Source: Prorocentrum cordatum (lineage: Eukaryota). From it: 56,417 nucleotides of DNA. The stretch spans positions 62,001-118,417 of the forward strand of contig CAUYUJ010000090.1 in NCBI GenBank assembly GCA_963575745.1, read 5' to 3'. The notes under the pieces were generated by a model that was not told the DNA's origin, searched no databases, and saw only the letters and a list, made by a program, of their open reading frames with translations. Positions 37,701 through 47,564 of this stretch are shown piece after piece. The position numbers and the translations under genes are program-made. Each line of letters opens with the position of its first letter. The first letter of the stretch is position 1.

Positions 37701-40700
37701 CGGTCAAGACGGCTAAGCGGTTCCCGACGGACACGGTGATCGCGATCTACGTGAACGAGCCGAAGGTGCAGACGTCCTACCCTGCGACGGTGCACATCTA
37801 TGGGAGCAAGCCGAAGGCTTTCACTCCAGACGACCGCGAAGCTGACGAGGCACATCGAGACCTACAGCGAGAAGGCGAAGGCTTCGGAGACAAACCTTCG
37901 GACATCACCACGGCCCAGTGGGGCGCGCTCAAGAAGCTCCACCTGAACCTGAGCCATCCTTCGGCTCACGCACTGAAGCGACGCCTGAAGTCCTACGGGG
38001 TGTCGCAGAAGGTTCTGGACGCGGTGGACAAGCTGGACTGCGTCGTGTGCAAGGAGCTCGGCAGACCGACGACGACACGGAGCTCCAACCTGAAGCTCTC
38101 GACGGAGTTCAACCAGAACGTGTTCTTGGACGAGGCCGAGGTGATCCTCTCGGACGGGACCAGGCTGATGGTCATGGTGATCCTGGACGATGCCTCGGGT
38201 TTCAGGGTCATCATCCCTACAAAGGCGGTGAGGTCCATCACCGGAGAGGAGAGCTTGCGATGCTTCTCGCAAGGTTGGTTGTCGTGGGCTGGTGCGCCTA
38301 AGGTGCTCTACTACGACGCGGCCAAGGGCCACATCACGAAGCGGTTCGTGGAGATCGGCGATAAGTACAACATCCTGATGAGGCCGGTCCCGGCAGAGGC
38401 GCCGCAGCTGAAAGGTCGAGTGGAGCGAGCGATCGACTTCTTCAAGGACCACTTCCAGCGCCTCAACCGCGACGTGCAGCTTACTAAGGACGACGACCCG
38501 CACGTGTGGACAGCGGTGATCGCTAGCACGTGCAACGATCACATTCGACGGAACGGCTTCACACCAAACCAGTACGTGCTGGGCAAGTCGCCCGGGGTTC
38601 CGGCCTCGCTGATCGAGGCGATGGAGGGTGACCAGCGGCAACTGGCAGCACAAAGTGCAGCGCTCTTCGAGGATGGACCGAGAAGGGCAGAACAGATACG
38701 CGCTGCGGCGAACCGGGCGTTCTTCGAGCTGGATAGCGACGACGCCGTCAGGAGGGCCATGGTCGGCCGCGTTCGCCCGCCGCGCGGGCCGTTCGTACCG
38801 GGCCAGCTGGTGTACTACTGGCGCGAGGTGAAGCACGTGAAGTCGAAGAGGCTCCAGGGCGAGCACGGCTGGCGTGGACCCGCGATCGTGTTGGCCACCG
38901 AGGGCCACACGAGGCTGCATCTCAGCTATCGCGGTGTGCCAGTGCTCGTGACACCAGAGCAGGTACGACACGCCTCGCGGAACGAGGCGGAGATGGTGGA
39001 GAACGAGGACCTGGTCAGGCAGCTATCCCACTGGCGTGGAGGACCGACTCTGCAGAAGGGGTTCATCGATGAGCGTGGACCTGGGCCTGACGGGGGCGAC
39101 AAGACGGGCGTGCGCCGCGAGAGGGATGAGAAGGACTCGGACCACGAGGACGACGCGGGCGACCCGCCTGTGGCTAAGGCGCCGCGCGCCGAGCCAGCAT
39201 CACCACTACCGAAGCCGGTGATCGAGGCGACGCCGAAGAAGCAGCCCAAGGAGGAGGACGTACCTGCACCTGGAGACCTACCCGAAGTACCACCACTACC
39301 GGGAGGAGAACCTGCTCTTCCGGATCAACCTGCAGACCCACCTGCTGAGGCAGCTGGGCCGGGGCAATCTATGGACCTGGACGCTACTACTGCGCCAGAC
39401 ACTCCGCATCAACATCAACAGCAGCAACAACCAGATCGAGCTGAGCAGCCAGAGCCTGCACCACGACTTAGCTTCAAGCGGACGCTTCCAGACGATCAGG
39501 ATGCAGATCGCGAACGCATGCGACTACGACGCGAAGCTCTAAAGAACAACTCCATGCGGCTACCGAAGATCAAGGACGACCCGACGGACCAGGACGCCCT
39601 GCTCATCAAGGTCAAGAACCGCACGAGGGACGCGTTCCTAGCTCGGAGGACCGACACGCCGAAGAAGCAGGTCACGCCCAAGAAGGGCCGGGAGCTACGC
39701 AGCATCCCACCTGAGTGGAAGGCAGCCTTCGACGCGAGCGACCTCGAAGAGTGGCGCAAGTGGGTCGAGTATGACGCCGTGGAGTGGCCTACTGACGAGG
39801 AGCTCGCGGGAGTCGACCAGTCGGCGATCCTGCCCATGAGGCGCGTCCGCACGGACAAGAACGAGGCGACGAGAGGCAGCTTATCGTACGAGCAGCATCC
39901 GCTCAAGGCGAAGTCCAGGAACATCGTCCCGGGCTACAAGGACAAGCAGCTGCTCGCGGGGGAGTTGAAGACCAACGCTCCAACGCTGACGGACGTGGCC
40001 ACGGCGGTGATCGTGCAGGAGGCGGCCAGCCAGGAGGGCTGGAGGCTGGAGCAAGGCGACGTTGACTCGGCGTTTCTGAACGGGAAGTACCTCGACGACT
40101 CTCGGCGCGTGTACTTTCGTGCGCCGAAAGGCGGACTGCCGGCGGTGCCCGAGCTGGGGTGGCCAGCGGTTCCCGAGGGGACGGTGTTGAAAGCGAAGAA
40201 GGGCATCTACGGGCTGAACGACGCACCACTGCTGTGGTACGAGGAGCATCGAGATACCATACTGTCCCTGCCCGGTGCATCAAGGTCGAAGCTGTGCCCG
40301 GCTCTCTTCATCTTCCACGACGAGCACGGGAAGCTGATCGGCTTGATCGGGACGCATGTGGACGACGATTTGGTAGCGGGCTCGCCCGAGTTCTTCGCTA
40401 ACCAGGTGGCCAAGCTGAGGAAGATTCACTGCTACGGCAAGTGGCAGACGGCGAAGGCCGGCTTCCATCATTGCGGGCGCTTCCTCAAGCAGAACGACGA
40501 TGGCACCATCACCTGCAGCCAGAAGGAGTACACCGAGAGCATCGAGAAGATACCGATCTCGAGCGAGCGTCGCAAGGACAAGGAGGCGAAGGCTACTGCT
40601 GAAGAGAGGGCGATGCTCCACAGCGGCAATGGCCAGATCCAGTGGCTGGTGCGGTCGACCCGCATGGACTTGGCGTTCCGGCTGGTGGAAAGCCAGGCAA

Positions 40701-42754
40701 GGGCTCACGACAGCGACCTGAAGGTTCAGGACCTGCTGGATTTCAACAAGCTGGTGAGCGACGCCAAGACGGACCACGTGGACATCACCTTCCAGAAGAT
40801 CAACATAGACGACGCGATCGTGGTTGCAGTTGGAGATTCTAGCCATGGCAACGTGGGCAAGACGAAGACCGCTAGTCAGGCGGGCTTGGTCATCCTGCTC
40901 GCGGACAACAAGGACGACAAGTTCCTGCAGGGGAGACCGGCCAAGGTCACACCCATGCTGTGGCGATCACACCGCATCAAGCGAGTGGTCCGCAGCACCC
41001 TCTCTGCCGAGACGATGGCGGCGCTGGAGGCGGTCGAGAGCGGGGACCTGCTGAGGCAGCACCTGGTGGAGCTGCACTACGGACTCGGCTACCGGACTCA
41101 CATGGAGGACGTGAAGGCCATCAAGATGGTGGAGGTCACGGACTGCAAGTCGCTCTACGACCTACTCCAGAAGCGAGGGACGGTACCCTCCGAGAGGCGG
41201 CTGCTGATCGACATCGAGGCGCTCAGGAATGACTTGGAGTTCAACAACGTGGTGAGCAAGTGGGTGAACACGAAGCAGATGCTCGCCGACTGCCTCACCA
41301 AGAACGACGTGCGCGCTGGCGACTACATGAGGTACGTGCTCCAGACCGGCGAGTACCGGCTCACCGAGGACCTCATGGCCGACCAGATCATAGCCAAGCA
41401 GAGGATGGAGCTCAAGGGACGCAGGGGCGAGTACTACCGCGCGAAGTACCCCAAGAGACTGCGACCTGCCGAACAGCACTATGTTCATGAAGGCTACACC
41501 TACTTCGAGGAGTGCATCGCGGACGTTCGGTACAACGCGCGTGTGCTACAGCCTGCTCCGAAGCCATATCTCCGATGGCGTATGACACTCGGCCAGCGCG
41601 AGGACGACGTCTACTACGAGAAGCTTGAGGAGATGGTCGACTGGTCTGGCCTGGACCAGGTGTCGAAGCGCAGGAGGATCCCCACGCAGATTCGAAAGCT
41701 GCTGACGATATATGCGCCGACCAAGGCCGCCCTCGAGCGCTACGAGAAGGACTTCACGGAGAAGCACGTGATCAAGAAGCCGAAGGTGACCGGCGAGGGC
41801 GACAGGCAGGACAAGCTGGACGTCACCGAGGATCTTGGTGCGATCGTGGAGTCGGCCGAGACGGTGAAGGTGGACGGCACCAACGAGGTCGCGGAGATCT
41901 ACATGATGGACGCTGCGGGTGCCGAGACCGAGGAGGTCAAGTCAGGCGCCGCCGCGGCCGCGACGGTGGTTGTGTGCGCAGTGTGCCGCATGATGGTGGA
42001 TCAGTGCGAGTGCGGACCACGAACCCGCAAGAAGGCCAACCAGCGATCATCGTGCTCGACACACCCAGGAGAGCTACCGCCAGTACCAGGTGACGACGAT
42101 GAAGGCGGCGATGACGCCGGTGACTGGGAAAAGCTACCACACCGACTCTACCAGGAGCGGCAGAAGTCTACTACGACACCGACGAAGAAGGCCATGATGA
42201 AGGCACGCGCGTTGCACGAGAAGACCAAGCACGCATCCTACATGCAGATCGAGGAGGACTTCGGCGATGTGCTGGAGGAAGGTGTCCTGGAGGCGTACGA
42301 GGTGGTCGTCAATAACTGCGCCGTGTGCCGGAAGGACAGGAAGATCTACGACACAGTGCAACGCGGCATCAATAACAAAGAGTTCTGGATGGACGGGTCC
42401 GGCAGCAGCCACAAGGGGAAGAGCCAGGGCAAGACCGACCCCAGCTCAGACCACTGCGAGCACCCGAAGGAGAAGCTCACGACCCGAGGGAGCAACCAGT
42501 ATAAGGACAAGCTGAGGTGCATGCAGTGCGGCTTACTGCTAGTGGACACCGACACGGACTGGTGGCGACAGGAGAAGGAGTATCGTGCCCAGGAGAAGCT
42601 CCTCCGTGCTGAGAAGGAGAAGCAGGTGCAAGCTGAGATGAAGACCATCCGCTTGCGTGACATGTACCAGAAGGCCTCTGGCGAGACCGAGGTGGCCTCT
42701 GGTGGGACCAGGGCGACTTCCGCCCGGGGCACGAGCTCGACATCTCCGACGTGA
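34787..42754 (+). CDS. Gag-Pol polyprotein (2655 aa from ATG 34787): Gag, CCHC knuckle, aspartic protease, DNMT-like domain, integrase, RT, RNase H, C-terminal extension
   Basis: CGNCGRMDHATQDC 35807-35848; LLDSGAT (D at 36146); integrase HHCC 37940-38050 with D(38129), D(38315)-x35-E(38423); RT KAKSR..PGY, GDVDSAFLNG, IYGLNDAP, HVDD (40355-40366); RNase H VGDSS, STLSAE, VTDCKS, QMLADCLTK. Confidence 0.97.
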   Translation: MASDYHNAVDPKVPVLKGETLKDFTRYKRAVQAAELSCESAEQKRSLGPKLYRNLLGADNSISVLIEQSDPADYATEDGARVLLKFLEDQRFAKSSFRELPKAFDQFFDQTHFERKGEEPMAAFCTAMEVAKRNLEEVDPDTKISANELGYHTLKRSGLDRDERNLVIARAEETFDFQKISTTLKNLFPRGGGKHRERQARAGWRWANYADGDPTADEDDTVDEYWVQDDDGYWYEWDEERGTYAALDDDDDEWDSSDLFYIEDGADAYLANEDDDYHQALVTLRESRFKMNKIRAARGFFKGKIDGIVDESAAAGGKAAGKGSKGGGKGKDKGKSKDKKCGNCGRMDHATQDCTTPRASGRPASKGFKGRGKTSKAGRPRRLGFWAMTTLVCVMPDLFSNGSVESQEVAMVKVEESTEHDIMMTDTEGDYHLPDVPEVDVMISSEIVSASLLDSGATVAVAGRGWLDKQKTELAKYGLEPIIVDAVQKFKGLGGARREAKKKWILPIGIGKVHVIQEYFEIPGDMIGLTSKKNLADWKTNLYLREDGQWADFEELGLYDMELMKLPGGHAGIDILDFDLESYEADPLFEQFRIRTESVQHSDPEVFLVAETLQSGPDFKHQDDADRWVQEAIKNGNKGIFKKNTLKRIDRLMKEYAVIFDVLRDNNETFLWELFAKEARFTRVASKGGHVNATPSDLTTGVNFNDPKVRSDFLFLIRIFQPWMVSVAFPCTAHSNMQEFQRAQGMGDRVDDLIQEFEPLISFSAEVLQVQAEGGRIGIGENPLTSRAWQEAPIVNLLSWHGDKPPLYETVTLHQCMYGLTDNYGDPIRKPTRMMVPNGSCFPDWLERKCDGSHKHADMVGRSAELAQASAWPDDLGKTLVAAGTHELARRTSPKEMRIGSNTTKSPSKQVVNAVAKAFKLRKELIDVRVLTGTEEITPPRGAIRRIYAMYSNDGVLADYSDAYAGDQDFATVKTAKRFPTDTVIAIYVNEPKVQTSYPATVHIYGSKPKAFTPDDREADEAHRDLQREGEGFGDKPSDITTAQWGALKKLHLNLSHPSAHALKRRLKSYGVSQKVLDAVDKLDCVVCKELGRPTTTRSSNLKLSTEFNQNVFLDEAEVILSDGTRLMVMVILDDASGFRVIIPTKAVRSITGEESLRCFSQGWLSWAGAPKVLYYDAAKGHITKRFVEIGDKYNILMRPVPAEAPQLKGRVERAIDFFKDHFQRLNRDVQLTKDDDPHVWTAVIASTCNDHIRRNGFTPNQYVLGKSPGVPASLIEAMEGDQRQLAAQSAALFEDGPRRAEQIRAAANRAFFELDSDDAVRRAMVGRVRPPRGPFVPGQLVYYWREVKHVKSKRLQGEHGWRGPAIVLATEGHTRLHLSYRGVPVLVTPEQVRHASRNEAEMVENEDLVRQLSHWRGGPTLQKGFIDERGPGPDGGDKTGVRRERDEKDSDHEDDAGDPPVAKAPRAEPASPLPKPVIEATPKKQPKEEDVPAPGDLPEVPPLPGGEPALPDQPADPPAEAAGPGQSMDLDATTAPDTPHQHQQQQQPDRAEQPEPAPRLSFKRTLPDDQDADRERMRLRREALKNNSMRLPKIKDDPTDQDALLIKVKNRTRDAFLARRTDTPKKQVTPKKGRELRSIPPEWKAAFDASDLEEWRKWVEYDAVEWPTDEELAGVDQSAILPMRRVRTDKNEATRGSLSYEQHPLKAKSRNIVPGYKDKQLLAGELKTNAPTLTDVATAVIVQEAASQEGWRLEQGDVDSAFLNGKYLDDSRRVYFRAPKGGLPAVPELGWPAVPEGTVLKAKKGIYGLNDAPLLWYEEHRDTILSLPGASRSKLCPALFIFHDEHGKLIGLIGTHVDDDLVAGSPEFFANQVAKLRKIHCYGKWQTAKAGFHHCGRFLKQNDDGTITCSQKEYTESIEKIPISSERRKDKEAKATAEERAMLHSGNGQIQWLVRSTRMDLAFRLVESQARAHDSDLKVQDLLDFNKLVSDAKTDHVDITFQKINIDDAIVVAVGDSSHGNVGKTKTASQAGLVILLADNKDDKFLQGRPAKVTPMLWRSHRIKRVVRSTLSAETMAALEAVESGDLLRQHLVELHYGLGYRTHMEDVKAIKMVEVTDCKSLYDLLQKRGTVPSERRLLIDIEALRNDLEFNNVVSKWVNTKQMLADCLTKNDVRAGDYMRYVLQTGEYRLTEDLMADQIIAKQRMELKGRRGEYYRAKYPKRLRPAEQHYVHEGYTYFEECIADVRYNARVLQPAPKPYLRWRMTLGQREDDVYYEKLEEMVDWSGLDQVSKRRRIPTQIRKLLTIYAPTKAALERYEKDFTEKHVIKKPKVTGEGDRQDKLDVTEDLGAIVESAETVKVDGTNEVAEIYMMDAAGAETEEVKSGAAAAATVVVCAVCRMMVDQCECGPRTRKKANQRSSCSTHPGELPPVPGDDDEGGDDAGDWEKLPHRLYQERQKSTTTPTKKAMMKARALHEKTKHASYMQIEEDFGDVLEEGVLEAYEVVVNNCAVCRKDRKIYDTVQRGINNKEFWMDGSGSSHKGKSQGKTDPSSDHCEHPKEKLTTRGSNQYKDKLRCMQCGLLLVDTDTDWWRQEKEYRAQEKLLRAEKEKQVQAEMKTIRLRDMYQKASGETEVASGGTRATSARGTSSTSPT
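36790..37450 (+). other. C5 cytosine DNA methyltransferase-like domain within the polyprotein
   Basis: Ordered motifs: I-like WELFAKEAR (36800), IV catalytic FPC (36971-36979), VI ENP (37127-37135), VIII-like HQCMYG...RKPT, then C-x3-H-x-H and X-like AWPDDL. Confidence 0.8.
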
Positions 42755-42905
42755 GCCACCACGTGGAGAACTACTACACTGCCATTTTGGCAAGCACGGG
42801 CATCCTCGCGGTTTGCGACGACGCCTGCCTTTTGCTGTTGAACTGAGGGCTATGCCCGGCGCCCGCCTGCCGCGAGCCACGCTTAGTCAAAGAAAATAAC
42901 ACGAG

Positions 42906-43113
42906 TGTAGATTCTGTGTGTTAAACATATTGACACGCGTGCGTGCAGCGCCGGCGCTTGGGCTCGAGCAAAAGTGTGCGCTCCCTCCCACGGCAGTTGC
43001 AACGGGGGCGGGGCGGTGATAGTGGCTATCGGGCACTATCGATCGAGTTCGAGTGAGTGACGAACCCAGGGACTCGGAGGAGACGCCTGGGGATAGTTCT
43101 GACGAGAACGAGG
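42906..43113 (+). repeat. 3' LTR
   Basis: Identical to the 5' LTR; preceded by a weak purine-rich tract caaagaaaataacacgag. Confidence 0.97.
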
Positions 43114-43519
43114 GTGCCCTATCATGCCCCCATCGGGGGGGGACAACCTACTGCGTGGGTTTCACGTTGGCAGTCAAGAGCTGGTTCCTGCAAGCAACAA
43201 ATCAGGGAAACTTGGCAATTAACAAAAGCATCATAATAGAGGTCCAGAAAACCTGATCGGACAAGAACGGGAAGCGCGGCTGTAGTCTAATGGGCGTATT
43301 GGGCGAAGAAGAAGAAGAAGAAGGCGAGGACAACGAGAAGCCGATGACGAGAACGACGTAGCGAACGTGAGGATAGCGAGGAGGAGCATGAGGACAACGA
43401 GGAGGAAGAGAAGCACAAGGACGAGGACGAAGAGAACGAGGGCGAGTACGAGGAGGAATGCGGAGGGCGACGACGACGACGACGACGGAGGACAGTACGA
43501 GGCAATTGGAGAAAGACGT

Positions 43520-43930
43520 TGCTCCTGGCGCCGCGCGGGGTTCTCTTGGGGCCTGTTGGGGGCTTCTTGGGGGCCCCTTGGGTCCTCTTATGGGCTTCTG
43601 GGGTCTTCTTGGGCTGTCTGGGCGCGTCGTGGGGTTCTGTGGGAGCTTTCTTAAGCCGTCTCGGCGCTGGGGGCCTCCTGGGCCGCTCCCGGGAATCTCT
43701 TGGGGCCTTCTTGGCCCTTCTTGGGCCGTCTTGGGGTTCTTGTGAGCTGTCTGGGTGGCTCCTAGAGCGCTCTTGGGGGTCTCTTGGGGTCTTCTTGGGG
43801 CGCTCTTGGGCGCTCCTGGGGCTCTCCGGGCGTCTTTTGGGCCTCCCTTGGGCCGTTGGAGAACACTCCAAGAGCGATTCGAACACGACGTCGATGCGGA
43901 GTCCCCTCTTGGGCCGATGTTTTGAGGATG
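43520..43930 (-). repeat. CCAAGA/GGCCC-rich repeat, reverse orientation
   Basis: tcttggg/ggcc units. Confidence 0.75.
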
Positions 43931-43980
43931 TCTCGAGAGAAACGGCCATTTTTCAAAAATCTGCCAGCGCACTTTCAAAG

Positions 43981-44143
43981 TGCGGCGCGTACCCGATTAT
44001 TAATCTTTACCACCAACAAACGGTCCACGCCAGGGGCGCTTCCCGTCATCCGCCAGTACAGTTTCAGAGTGCGGCGCATACCCGAGTCTTAATTTTTACC
44101 ACCAACAAACGGTCCACGCCAGGGGCGCTTCCCGTCATCCGCC
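43981..44143 (+). repeat. Tandem duplication of ~74 bp (period 89)
   Basis: 'tttaccaccaacaaacggtccacgccaggggcgcttcccgtcatccgcca' occurs twice. Confidence 0.85.
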
Positions 44144-44509
44144 ACCGTCCCTTGCGTTGTCTGGTCGGGCTACTGTATTCCAGCAGTGGAGTTCCCCCCT
44201 TTCACTCGCGCTTTCTTGCATGCACCGCCCCCCCCCCCTCCCGAGGCCACGATCCCTGGAAAAAAAAACCATGGACCCGCGCCCCCAAGGCCACGATCCC
44301 TCGCAACGATAACGAGTCCTTGCCCCGAGCTTCCGAGACGGCCCACGCAAACAGCCAAGGGCGCCGAGCTGGCCCAACGTGCCTCGAAGACGGAACGCTG
44401 CCGAATAGGGCCCCAAGGTGGACCTCCAACATAGTCCGAAGAAGCCAAAAATATTGATGACCCCCTGGGGCTGAATCCATTGAAAATTCTCACCTTGTCC
44501 GGCCTCCCG

Positions 44510-45140
<631 letters not shown>

Positions 45141-46199
45141 CCTTCAACAAGTGATGACGAAATATGTCACATGTGACGGTTCCTGTTCCTCCTCTTCCTC
45201 CTCCTTTTCCACCTCCTCCTCCTCCTCTTCCTCCTCCTCCACCTCTTCCCAATCATCCTCCTCCTTCTCCTCCTCCCCTTGCAAATTGAACAGAACAATG
45301 GTAATGGAGATGGAAGTTTTTCGGTGAAGCGAACACACCAAGAGCGTGCAGGTGTTCTGCACCACCATGAGGCCGTTTCAACGCTTGAGCAAAACACCAA
45401 CGGTTGCACAGTACCCTGAGGGCGTACATTGAAACAATCCCCCCATTCGACCTCATAGCGCAAGTTGGTAGGTCAGGTGCAACCTCATATGGACTGGCTG
45501 GCCACCGATGGAAGCTGGAGGTCATTCGACAACACAGAAGCGGTGACAGCGCCACCAATGGGGTGCATGGGCAAGGCATAAACTTACGTTGTGAGAAAAC
45601 ATGATTAACGACGTGCTGAATTCGAGCTCATGCAAGGTGGGCACATCTTGGCAGCGCAAGACGTGACTTGCGTTACGGCGGAATGTCCACTTTATGTTCC
45701 CCACATTGAAAATGGGTTTCTTGTCCCCCGCATCATAAGTGGGTTTTTTTGTTTTCGCCGCACACTCCCCGCGCAGGATCTCCTCCTCCTACTCTTCCTT
45801 CCCCTCTCCCTTTCATCCCTCGCTCACATACTCACACACCCACGCACTCAGCCTCATCATCATCAGCATCAACAACAACATCTCACACTCACACACACAC
45901 ACACACACACACATTCTCACAGTCATCATCACTCATCATCACCATACACACCCACCTACTCACAGACTCACCTTGAGGGAAATCTCGAGCGGGAGGCCCC
46001 TCCGTATGAGCCAACACTGCATGTTGGCAATCCGAGCGGGCCATCGGCAAACTATACCAGGCGTAAAGCTTGAGCATCACAAGGTGGCAAATCGTGAGGA
46101 TGTCTCAAGCAGGGCTCTCGTTTGTGAGCGAAGCGAAAGGAAATCTCAGGCCGATGAGGGAGCAAAAAAGGATGAGGAGGAGGAGACCAGGAAAGACCA

Positions 46200-46380
46200 G
46201 CTGACAGCAGCAGAGAGCGGCACAGAACAGCAGAGAGCAGCGGAGAACAGCAGAGTACAGCAAATAAAGACCAGCAGAGACCAGCAGAGCGAAGCAGACC
46301 GCAGCAGAGAGCAAACGAGAGTAGCAGAGACCAGCAGAGAGTAGCGTCTGGCAGCAGAGATCAGCAGAGAGCAGCAGCTA
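46200..46380 (+). repeat. ~10-bp CAGCAGAGA minisatellite
   Basis: Repeated gcagaga units. Confidence 0.75.
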
Positions 46381-47498
46381 CCTCCAGTCATTGTCGTTAT
46401 TGAGTTCGTGATGAATAGTGCTGGAAGGAATTTCGAGCGGGTACCCCGTCTTCGAGTGACTTGTGAGGATGTCCCGGGCGGGAGCCCCCAGCCAGAAGGC
46501 AGGGGAGGTGCATGAGGAGCAGTTGCAGGAGGAGCAGAAAGAAGGGGAGGAGGAGGAGGAGGAGGCGGAGGAGGAGGAATAGGAAAAGGAGGACGGGGAG
46601 GAGGAGGAGGAGGAGGAGGAAGAGGAGGAGGAGAATGAAGAGGAGAACGACGAGGAGGACGAGGAAAATGAGGCACAAAAGAGGGTGTGAGGAGGGCCTC
46701 CGACAAGGCGAAGAAGAAAGTGCGGGGGGCAAGCTAAGAAGATTCTCATGCGGTGCCCTATCGTCGGAGTAATTACTTGTCACTGCTGCCTACAGTGTCA
46801 CATTCGCTTGACATGCTCCAGTTTCGTGCAAGACAGACCTCGCCGAATGAGGAAACGAAGTAAGGCAAAAGTTCACTGGTGACTCGTAACTGCCCACTTC
46901 CCACGCTTTACGCGTGCTGCATTTGACCTCTGGCGCTTGCCCTGCCGATTCGGCACGCGATCGAACTCACGTTCCCGGTGAGGTTTCCGCTCCATCATCT
47001 GGTCATGGTCCTCGCTGCTCGTGAAGTGGTCATCCTCCCAAGCGCCCATTGCTTCGCCACTGTTCACCAATGCGCCCAGCCTTGCGTCAGTGTCAAAATT
47101 CTGATTTGTTGTTCGCCGCCCTGTGCCTGATGACGTAAAACCTACTGGCCGCCCGCCAGTACCTGTAGTCTGGGCACCGATGGTTGAGAGCCACCCGCTC
47201 GCAGTTCCTGCACCGACACGTCTGGTTATCATCAATACCCCCATGCCGGTTCACAACCCAGCTCTGGCTGGCGGTCCACAGCGGTAATCCTTGGACGGCA
47301 TCTACGCCTGTCATTAAATATCCCCACCCAATTTGCACTCCCGGCCTTCGCATGCCGGCGCACCCAATCATCACCACCACCCCGGCTACAAAGAAGGCCA
47401 AACTTTGATGTCTCGCACATGGACCAAGTCAGAGTTGGCTCTTGAACTGTCTCACATTATAACCAACAACTTCCTGACGGTCGCGCCAAAAAAATGAA

Positions 47499-47502
<4 letters not shown>

Positions 47503-47561
<59 letters not shown>
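47503..47561. repeat. (TA)n microsatellite
   Basis: Direct reading; others at ~20806-20846, 24218-24244 and 25183-25270. Confidence 0.95.

Positions 47562-47564
<3 letters not shown>

Larger units (their letters stand above)
34496..43113 (+). mobile_element. Full-length Ty1/copia LTR retrotransposon carrying a C5-methyltransferase-like domain
   Basis: Two identical LTRs, TSD GTGCC (34491-34495 / 43114-43118; GGTGCC if the LTR ends one base earlier), one intact ORF in copia order PR-IN-RT-RH. Confidence 0.97.

Noticed and set aside
35045..42899. Overlapping alternative-frame and antisense ORFs within the polyprotein
   Set aside because: Expected shadows of a high-GC3 coding sequence; no recognisable motifs.
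45300..45700. Possible second LINE C-terminal relic (ALRVLCNRWCFAQ, minus strand)
   Set aside because: Only one short motif; the following Cys/His knuckle is not recognisable.
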